A stretch of DNA of 64,000 bases from Arenimonas sp. (lineage in GTDB: Bacteria > Pseudomonadota > Gammaproteobacteria > Xanthomonadales > Xanthomonadaceae), in contig NZ_JALHQI010000001.1 in assembly GCF_022842045.1 (NCBI RefSeq), positions 9,774 to 73,773 of the forward strand, read 5' to 3'. The notes below the pieces were generated by a model. It was not told the DNA's origin, did not search any database, and saw nothing but the letters and a program-made list of their open reading frames with translations. A program made the translations under genes and the position numbers. How positions within the stretch are numbered: the stretch's first letter is position 1; every line of letters starts with the position of its first letter. Positions 56,944 through 64,000 of the stretch are shown one piece after another.

Positions 56944-58737
56944 TTAGGTCCATTCTTCAACAGGGATGGGCGCACGGGCCGACGGCGTTTTCGGCGGCAG
57001 GGCGCTGAGATCGGTGGGGTTCACGGCAGCCGCACTGGCAGCCGCGGATCGCGGCGAGGGGCGTTTGGTCCGCGGACGACGCGACGGATGGCGGGCCTGG
57101 CGGGTCTGCGCCTGGGCGGTCGCTTCGATCTGGTCGGTCTTCTCGAAGCCTTCGTCCGTCATCGCGTCCATCCGGGCCTGGGCCTCGGCATCGAGGGCGC
57201 GGCGGCTGCCCGGCTCACCCACGGCCCGCCCGGCGATCGCCGGCGCCGTCACCAGCATGCCGTCCGGACGACGGACCCAGACGGCACCGGGGCTGCGGGG
57301 GTCGTACCGAACCATGACCTCGTCCTGGCGGATGAGGGGGCTGAGGTCCGGGTGCCAGTAGCGGCTGGCGCCGAAGGTGATGCCGGTGCGCCGAACCGGC
57401 CGCATCACGTATGGCAGGAAATCCATCCGGAACTTCAGCGGGGCCGCCGGCAGCGCCGGCGGGACCAACTGGCCCTGTTCGTCCTGCAGGCCCCGCTCCC
57501 AGGCCACCAGTGGCGGGACTCCGAGGCTGGAATGCCTGCGCGTGTGGTAGGTCCGGCACACCTTCTGCGTCATCCACTGGCGGAACTCATCCAGGGTGAG
57601 GCGAGCCTTTCCGGCGCTGTCGTAGTCGCCCTTGTCACGGATGTTGCTGAAGGTGGTGCCCGGCAGCAGGTGGGCGATCTGCATCAGCGTGCCGATCAGG
57701 CGCTCGATGTGGGCCCCGTAGTGCGGCGTCCGCACCGGCCGCCAGGCCAGATCGATCCCATGGTCCTGGCAGCCACGCTGCAGCGCCATGCTGCGGAAGT
57801 CCTTGCCGTTGTCGACCAGGATCTTCTTGGGCTTGCCGTACATGGGCCAGATGCCGGGATCGCCCTCGTTCTCGGGCTTGGGCAGCACCGTGTGCTCCAC
57901 GCACAAGGAGACAGAAACCGCCGAGGGGGGATCCATGGAGATGTACATGCCCATGACGCAGCGGGTCGCCACATCGATGGCCACGGTGACCCAGGGACGT
58001 CCGATCACGGTCAGGCGGTCATCGCTCAGGACGAGGACGTCGGCCGGGGTGTGGTCAATCTCCAGCAGATCCAGCGGCCGTTCCGCCTCCAACTTGCCGG
58101 TGCGGGCCTCCCAACGTTGCTTGGCCGCCTTGCAGCCCAACCGGGCGCGGTCCGCCTGGTAGCCGTTTTCACGGGCGATTCGGGTCAGCACCGCGGATCG
58201 GGACGGCGGCTTGAGCTTGAGTCGCCGAGCCAGGGAGCGGGCACGGGCAACCACGTACTCCTTGGACGGTCGTTCCCGGCGCAGGTAGTGCTTGGCAATG
58301 ACGTGCTTGATCAGCGTATCGACCTCCGGATCCAGCTGATTCAGGCCGAGCGGCCGACCTCCCGGGCTTCGGGCCAAGGCGCTGGCCCGCGGGTCCTTCC
58401 TGAAGGTCGCACGGGCCCTCTGAAGCTGCCTGACGCTGATGCCGTGCCGCTTGGCGAGCTTTTCTAGCTCGCTGCGGGCGACGGTGCTCCGGCTGTTCAG
58501 GGGCATCAGGTCCTTGGCGAGGTCACAGCAGCGCTTCCATTCCGCAGCAGGGATTCCCTCAAAGGACGAGACTGCCGCAGTCTTGGGCAGCGCCTCGATC
58601 CGGGCGATCGCGACGGAACTGACCGCCCCCGTGGCCACATCACGCACGCGCATGTGGGTGAGCGAGTCGGCCCCGTCGATCTGGATGACCCGGCCATTGG
58701 CGACGCAGGTCGTGCCAGGGGTGAGTTCGAGCGTCAT
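56944..58737 (-). CDS. tniA: TniA/TnsB DDE transposase
   Basis: LEIDHT (D), LVDNGKDF (D), HIERLIGT (E), YHTRRHSSL. Confidence 0.92.
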   Translation of the reverse strand: MTLELTPGTTCVANGRVIQIDGADSLTHMRVRDVATGAVSSVAIARIEALPKTAAVSSFEGIPAAEWKRCCDLAKDLMPLNSRSTVARSELEKLAKRHGISVRQLQRARATFRKDPRASALARSPGGRPLGLNQLDPEVDTLIKHVIAKHYLRRERPSKEYVVARARSLARRLKLKPPSRSAVLTRIARENGYQADRARLGCKAAKQRWEARTGKLEAERPLDLLEIDHTPADVLVLSDDRLTVIGRPWVTVAIDVATRCVMGMYISMDPPSAVSVSLCVEHTVLPKPENEGDPGIWPMYGKPKKILVDNGKDFRSMALQRGCQDHGIDLAWRPVRTPHYGAHIERLIGTLMQIAHLLPGTTFSNIRDKGDYDSAGKARLTLDEFRQWMTQKVCRTYHTRRHSSLGVPPLVAWERGLQDEQGQLVPPALPAAPLKFRMDFLPYVMRPVRRTGITFGASRYWHPDLSPLIRQDEVMVRYDPRSPGAVWVRRPDGMLVTAPAIAGRAVGEPGSRRALDAEAQARMDAMTDEGFEKTDQIEATAQAQTRQARHPSRRPRTKRPSPRSAAASAAAVNPTDLSALPPKTPSARAPIPVEEWT

Positions 58738-59204
58738 GGCCGCGCCCTCCCCGTCCGAAGCTGACATTCGGTAAGCACGACCGTGGCGAAGCCGAGCAAC
58801 CGGCGAACAGCCGCCAGGCGGCGGCTCACCGCGTCGGGATCACGGTCCAACAAGGACTTCGACTTGATTTCGACGACCGTCCACCGTCGAAATCCCAACC
58901 GGAAAATGGCGCGGGTGACCCGGTCGTAAACCACCAGGAAGTCAGGGGTGTAGCGGTGGACGCCATCGACATCCGCGTAGCGGAGCGTGAACGGCTGGGC
59001 ATGGATGGCCACCAGGCCGGCGTGTCGCGAGAAGAACGCAATGGCATGCGCCTCGAGGTCGCTCTCTACGGGCACGGATTGGGTGGGTGGCGTCCAGGCA
59101 ACGCGACCGCAGACGTGCCTCCCATGGGAGAGCGGAATTTCTCGAGCGGACCATCGAATGGCACCGTCCACTTTGGACGGCGGGGGTTGATGCATGGCTT
59201 TCAT
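58734..59204 (-). CDS. tnsA: TnsA-like endonuclease
   Basis: ESDLE, QP, YTPDFLV, VEIK; stop overlaps the tniA start (ATGA). Confidence 0.8.
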   Translation of the reverse strand: MKAMHQPPPSKVDGAIRWSAREIPLSHGRHVCGRVAWTPPTQSVPVESDLEAHAIAFFSRHAGLVAIHAQPFTLRYADVDGVHRYTPDFLVVYDRVTRAIFRLGFRRWTVVEIKSKSLLDRDPDAVSRRLAAVRRLLGFATVVLTECQLRTGRARP

Positions 59205-59815
59205 TGGAATTTCTCCAAGGCACAGAGCGGCCCCGACGTGGGTCGGGGCGACGATTTGGCTTGTGGTCAACAGCTGCCCATGGGGTGTCCTCCCTTGAAT
59301 GAGAGGCTTCCCTGCCGGGGGGCTTGGAGACTGTGGATGTCCCACAAGGACGCTCTGCCTTGAGCTGCCCACGCTCCATCGGGGATGGCGACGCATCGTC
59401 CGTGCAGGCGGCACGAGACGCGCCGGCGGAGGTGAGTGAGGGGGACGCTAGCGGCGTTTCTCGCCGGCGAAAGTTAGACGAGGTTTTGCCGAAATGCGTT
59501 CACCCCTCGTCACGAAGGGGTTTCGCGCTCGTTGGCGGACCCGGGCGTCGCCGCGTGGGGGTCGTTGGCGCAACCAGGTGCGCGCTGGCCGGTATCCGCT
59601 TTACCGTGACGTTAGATGACAGAATGCTCCTTAATCCTGTCGCACGCCATCCGAAAACCCCTGTGCCCGGAGGATAAGGTTAGAAGAAATGTCCATAACT
59701 TTCCGCAACTTGCCCAGGGCCTGTCACGGTGCGCCGCGGTTTGGCGGACTGTGACAGATGGCCCGTGTGCCAAGCTTGGCGCGTTGCCCACTTCAACGTT
59801 CCCAGGCCCCCTCCC

Positions 59816-61546
59816 ATGCCCCAGGTCGACGATGCCCTTCTGACGCTGGTGGTTGGCGTGACGGGCCACCGTGACATCCCGTCCGACGAGTTCCCCGCCT
59901 TGGCCGCCCGGGTGACGGAACTGCTCAAGACCCTGCGCCGGGAATTCCCCGGGCTGCCGCTGCTGATGCTCAATCCGTTGGCCGATGGTGGCGACCGGAT
60001 CGCCGCGCGGGCCGCCGTCGCCATGGGTGTGCCGCTGTTCGTGCCGATGCCGTTCGCGCGCGACGAATACGAGCGCGACTTCGAGACGCCCGAGTCGCTG
60101 GCCGAATTCCGCGAGTTGATCGCCGATGCACGCGTCCGCGAGCTGCCCCTGGCGCCCGGCGTCAGCGCCGACGAGATCGCCATCCGCGGCCCGGCCCGCA
60201 ACCGCCAGTACGCCCAGCTCGGCATGTTCATCTCGTCCCATTGCCAGGTGCTGCTGGCGCTGTGGGATGGCCAGCCCAGCGATGCCCTCGGCGGCACGGC
60301 GCAGGTCGTGGACTACCACATCACCAACGCCATGCCCTGGATCGAAAAGCGCGACATCGCCCCGAACCTGTTGGCCGACGACGAAAGCGACCTAGTCTAC
60401 CACGTCACCTGTTCGCGCCAGCTGGCCCCCGGCAGCACGCCCGGCGCCGTGGCTGCCGGCGAAGCGCGCTGGCTCACGGCCGACGGTGGCTTGCCTGTGA
60501 AGGCCGGGGTGCCGGCGGCGTATCGCGCCGTGTTCCGGCAGATGGAGGCATTTAATGTCGACACCCGGAAATACTGGCCGGGCATCCGCCATGACTACCC
60601 TCGCCTGCTGCCCGAGCCTCCGCCGGCGCCGGTGCCGCCGGGCGTGCTGCGGATCGAGCGCCTGTTCGGCGCCGCCGACTGGCTGGCGCTGCATTTCCGC
60701 CAGCGCGTGCGCCGCAACCTGCAGGCCAGCCACCTCGCGGCGGCGCTGATGGGCCTGGCCTTCATTCTTTACTCCGACATGGCATCCCGGCGGGAATTCG
60801 TGGGTGCGTTCCTGCTGCTGTTCGCGGCGGGAGCCCTGCTGGCGTGGGTGGCACGGCGGCGGCAGTGGCAGCGCAAGTACCTCGACTACCGCGGCCTGTC
60901 CGAAGGCCTGCGCGTGCAGCTTTACTGGCGGCTCGCGGGCGTACCGGTGCCGGCCGACGGCAGCCTGGGCTACGACAGCTTCCTGCAAAAGCAGGACGTG
61001 GAGCTGAGCTGGATCCGCCATGCCATGCGTGGCACCAGCCTGGTGCAGGACAGCGGGTTTGCGTCGGATCCGCGCTGGCTGGACTGGACCATCCGGCACT
61101 GGGTCGGCGACGACGCCGGCCAGGGCGGCCAGCTGGCCTACTTCAGGCAAGGCAGCCAGGATCGCGCCAAGGCCTACCTGCTGACCGAGCGGCTGGGCCG
61201 GCTTTCACTCTACGCCGGCCTGGCCGGGGCGGTGCTGCTTTGGCTGCTGGGCCACCGCATCGACGGGTCGCACCAGTCGCTGCTGCTGCTGTTCATGGGC
61301 CTGTTGCCGCTGATCGCCGGCATCCGCGAGGCGTATTCGTTCAAGAAGGCGGACAAGGAGCTGATCAAGCAGTTCCAGTTCATGGCGCGCCTGTTTGCCA
61401 GCTGCAGCGAACGGCTGGCGCGCGCCACGTCGGTCGGGCAAAAGCGCGAGCTGCTGCTGGCGCTGGGTCGCGCGTGCCTGGAAGAGCACGCCGAATGGAT
61501 CCTGCTGCATCGCGACCGGCCACTGGACGCGCAGGCGCCGCAGTAA
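59816..61546 (+). CDS. SLOG-domain protein with C-terminal SLATT-like 2TM effector modules
   Basis: VGVTGHRD, PLADGGDRIAA, LLALWDG...GGTAQVV (SLOG/YpsA-like); two TM pairs followed by W..KYLDYRGLSEGLR and F..M..LF...LG.ACLEEHAEW..HR. Confidence 0.7.
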   Translation: MPQVDDALLTLVVGVTGHRDIPSDEFPALAARVTELLKTLRREFPGLPLLMLNPLADGGDRIAARAAVAMGVPLFVPMPFARDEYERDFETPESLAEFRELIADARVRELPLAPGVSADEIAIRGPARNRQYAQLGMFISSHCQVLLALWDGQPSDALGGTAQVVDYHITNAMPWIEKRDIAPNLLADDESDLVYHVTCSRQLAPGSTPGAVAAGEARWLTADGGLPVKAGVPAAYRAVFRQMEAFNVDTRKYWPGIRHDYPRLLPEPPPAPVPPGVLRIERLFGAADWLALHFRQRVRRNLQASHLAAALMGLAFILYSDMASRREFVGAFLLLFAAGALLAWVARRRQWQRKYLDYRGLSEGLRVQLYWRLAGVPVPADGSLGYDSFLQKQDVELSWIRHAMRGTSLVQDSGFASDPRWLDWTIRHWVGDDAGQGGQLAYFRQGSQDRAKAYLLTERLGRLSLYAGLAGAVLLWLLGHRIDGSHQSLLLLFMGLLPLIAGIREAYSFKKADKELIKQFQFMARLFASCSERLARATSVGQKRELLLALGRACLEEHAEWILLHRDRPLDAQAPQ

Positions 61547-61555
61547 GCCCCTGAT

Positions 61556-61927
61556 TCAGGCCGCGGCTTCCCGCCGGCGCCCCAACAGCAGCGCCAGCAC
61601 GCCTTCGAAGCGGTCGAGCTCGCCGGCGTCGGCGGCGCTGCGCGTATACATGTCCGGGTCGTCGCAGACCCGGAGGATGCGGCACTGCCCCGCCCCGCTC
61701 TCGTCCACGCTGATCTCGGCCTCGTAGATGCACTCGCCGGTGGCGCCGCGCCAGGCGCGGAGCTGGCCCTCGTCCAGCCAGACCACCCAGCGGTCCTCGA
61801 GGCTGGTGGGCCACAGCCCCTCGGCCAGCTTCGCCATCTCCTCCGGCGTGAAGCTGCGCGCGCAGCGCACGGGCCAGGCCAGCCGCATCCGGCGCAGGCG
61901 GGTCAACCACTCGTCTCGTTCGTCCAT
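61556..61927 (-). CDS. Hypothetical protein
   Basis: RSFTPEEM..L..G..P..LEDRW..WL....L..WR..TG.CIY pattern. Confidence 0.55.
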   Translation of the reverse strand: MDERDEWLTRLRRMRLAWPVRCARSFTPEEMAKLAEGLWPTSLEDRWVVWLDEGQLRAWRGATGECIYEAEISVDESGAGQCRILRVCDDPDMYTRSAADAGELDRFEGVLALLLGRRREAAA

Positions 61928-62244
61928 GGGCTTCCGTGTCGGGTGGTCCGCGGGCAGTTTGCCCGGCGGTTGGCTCATACATTGAGACGGACATCCCGTC
62001 CCGGCGAGGCCAACCCGCCCCGCCCCGCCGGCGCCATGGCCTCAGCCGGCGCCGCCCGCGTTCGCGCGCGCGGCTTGCGACGGGCTCACTCGCTGCCGGC
62101 TTGTTCGACGACCAGGAATCGCGCCTCGCCCACGGGATGCGCGATGTGCGCCAGGCCCTCGCGGGCATGGAAGATATCGCCCGGACCGAGCAAGGCACGG
62201 CGCCGGACTCGGGGAGAGTGAGGTCCGGCGCAAGGGGGAAGCAG

Positions 62245-62505
62245 TCAGGCATGGCAGGTGCCGCAGCAGCCTGCGCCGGCCGGGCTATCGGTGTTCGTCG
62301 GCTCGGACGAGACGGCCGGCGCGGCCTCGTAGCCGTTGGCCGCGAGGGTGGCGACCACCGTGCCGACGTCAAAGAAGCCTTCGGCCTCGACCGTCCCGGC
62401 GGCGAGGTCGACGTCGACCCGGGCGGCGGAATCGATGGCCTGAAGGGCCCCGGTGATGCGGCGGACGCAGCGGCCGCAGGTGAGTGGGCTGACGTTGTAC
62501 TTCAA
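62245..62505 (-). CDS. CopZ-like HMA copper chaperone with C-terminal CCGTCH
   Basis: LTCGRC HMA motif; TTG start at 62505 preceded by GGAGG. Confidence 0.8.
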   Translation of the reverse strand: MKYNVSPLTCGRCVRRITGALQAIDSAARVDVDLAAGTVEAEGFFDVGTVVATLAANGYEAAPAVSSEPTNTDSPAGAGCCGTCHA

Positions 62506-62552
62506 GGGAGCAACCTCCGGGGGTGCGCCGGCGGGCTTGCCGGCCTGCCGCC

Positions 62553-62583
62553 AGACTCCGTCCTCCCCCCGTGGCAAGGTCAA
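62553..62583 (-). promoter_or_regulatory. CueR-type promoter for copZ
   Basis: Minus strand TTGACC-TTGCCACGGGGGGAGGACG-GAGTCT, 19-bp spacer. Confidence 0.7.
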
Positions 62584-62620
62584 CATCGACGGTCCGCGGC
62601 ACCGGCACTGGACAGGGGCG

Positions 62621-62651
62621 TTGACCTTGACATCATGGGAAGCCGCAGCCT
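62621..62651 (+). promoter_or_regulatory. CueR-type promoter for copA
   Basis: TTGACC-TTGACATCATGGGAAGCCG-CAGCCT, 19-bp spacer. Confidence 0.7.
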
Positions 62652-62678
62652 GCGTCCACCCTCCCGCAGGATCCCGCC

Positions 62679-64000
62679 ATGAACCCTCCCCTTTCCGATT
62701 CCACCCGCGACACCGAAATCCGCTTCGGCGTGACCGGCATGACCTGCGCGTCCTGCGTGGGCCGCGTCGAGAAGGCGCTGTCCCAGGTCCCCGGCGTGCG
62801 CTCGGCCAGCGTCAACCTGGCCACCGAGACGGCGGCGGTCACGACCGACGGCAGCGCCTCGGCCGCGACTCTCGCCGCCGCCGTCGAAAAGGCCGGCTAC
62901 GGTGTGGCCGTCCAGGAGATCTCGATGGCCATCCTCGGCATGACCTGCGCGTCCTGCGCCGGTCGCGTCGAAAAGGCCCTGGCGAACGTGCCCGGCGTGC
63001 AGTCCGCCAGCGTGAACCTGGCGACCGAGACCGCGCGCGTGCAGGTGCTGGCCGGCACCTCGCAGGAGGCGCTGGTCGCGGCCATCTCGGGCGCCGGCTA
63101 TGAAGTCGCGCCGGTCGCCGCCGAGGCCCCGGCGGCGCAGCATGGCCACGCCGCGGACAAAGTATCCGGCGGCCGCGGCGCGGCCGAGGCGGCGCCTGTT
63201 TCGCCGCAAGCGCTCGCGGCCGCCCGCGAGCGCCGCCACCTCATCCTCGCCGCCCTGCTCTCGCTGCCGCTGGCCGTGCCTATGGTGGGCATGTTGTTCG
63301 ATGCACACTGGGCGCTACCGGGCTGGTGGCAGTTCGCCCTGGCCACGCCGGTGCAGTTCTGGCTCGGCGCCCGCTTCTACAAGGCGGCCTGGAAAGCCGT
63401 GCGAGCCCGCACCGGCAACATGGACCTGCTGGTCGCGCTGGGCACGACGGCCGGCTATGGCCTGAGCGTCTACCACCTGCTGTTCACCAAGCCGCACCAC
63501 GGTGCGCCGCCGCTGTACTTCGAGGCGTCGGCGGTGATCATCACGCTGATCCTGATGGGCAAGTGGCTCGAGGCGCGCGCCAAGCGCCAGACCACCGAAG
63601 CCATCCGCGCGCTGCAAGCGCTGCGCCCGGCCACGGCACGCGTGCGCCATGGCAACGGCCACGAAGCCGAAATCCCCGTGGCCAGCGTGCGCGTCGGTGA
63701 CCATGTGGTGGTGCTGCCGGGCGAACGCTATCCGGTCGACGGTGAGGTCCTCGAAGGACGGAGCCATGCCGACGAGTCCCTGATCAGCGGCGAGTCGCTG
63801 CCGGTGGCGAAGGAGCCGGGCGAACGCGTCACCGGCGGTGCGGTCAACGGCGAGGGCCGCCTGGTCGTCCGCACTGTTGCGGTCGGCGCGGAATCGGCGC
63901 TTGCGCGCATCATCCGCCTGGTTGAGGACGCGCAGGCGAAGAAGGCGCCCATCCAGCGCATCGTCGATCGCGTCAGCGCGGTGTTCGTGCCGGTGGTGAT
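62679..64000 (+). CDS. copA: Cu(I) P1B-1 ATPase, runs off the window (absent from the ORF track because no stop is reached)
   Basis: [32 protein letters not shown], second [26 protein letters not shown]. Confidence 0.9.
   Translation, partial: MNPPLSDSTRDTEIRFGVTGMTCASCVGRVEKALSQVPGVRSASVNLATETAAVTTDGSASAATLAAAVEKAGYGVAVQEISMAILGMTCASCAGRVEKALANVPGVQSASVNLATETARVQVLAGTSQEALVAAISGAGYEVAPVAAEAPAAQHGHAADKVSGGRGAAEAAPVSPQALAAARERRHLILAALLSLPLAVPMVGMLFDAHWALPGWWQFALATPVQFWLGARFYKAAWKAVRARTGNMDLLVALGTTAGYGLSVYHLLFTKPHHGAPPLYFEASAVIITLILMGKWLEARAKRQTTEAIRALQALRPATARVRHGNGHEAEIPVASVRVGDHVVVLPGERYPVDGEVLEGRSHADESLISGESLPVAKEPGERVTGGAVNGEGRLVVRTVAVGAESALARIIRLVEDAQAKKAPIQRIVDRVSAVFVPVV

Larger units (their letters stand above)
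55165..59760 (-). mobile_element. Tn7-like transposition module tnsA-tnsB(tniA)-tnsC(tniB)-tniQ; ends not resolved
   Basis: Four co-oriented genes with ATGA/GTGA overlaps and diagnostic motifs; candidate end sequences between 59470 and 59757. Confidence 0.8.

Noticed and set aside
56932-58467. 511-aa plus-strand ORF opposite the transposase
   Set aside because: Antisense shadow of tniA with no motifs.

Overview
GC-rich bacterial DNA (the CopL-type leader genes suggest a Xanthomonadales/Lysobacterales-like host; this is inference). Most of the window (about 3.8-55 kb) is a mosaic heavy-metal island: cusCBA-like and czcCBA-like RND systems, three P1B ATPases, a merRTPA operon, a CadR/PbrR module and a cop cluster with a two-domain multicopper oxidase. 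On the left it is flanked by defence-type genes: an MmeI-like type IIL R-M 3' end, a SEC-C/PD-(D/E)xK protein and a decayed RelA/SpoT gene. On the right lie a Tn7-like tnsA-tnsB-tnsC-tniQ module, a SLOG-SLATT protein and a copZ/copA pair, with copA running off the window. Best candidates for undescribed biology: (1) a six-gene block (beta-CASP RNase, AMP-phosphorylase-like enzyme, PRPP synthetase, phosphoketolase-like enzyme, UbiB kinase, acetate kinase) that could form an RNA/nucleotide-to-ATP route; (2) a duplicated His/Cys-rich leader ORF ending HRPTxHPASLLLI, each copy behind an FNR-type class II promoter with a nearly leaderless start, which looks like a metal-sensing attenuator class; (3) a TolC with a Met-rich tail paired with a two-domain oxidase and no RND pump. 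No rRNA, tRNA or CRISPR array was seen. All family calls come from motif recognition by eye; no database search was run.
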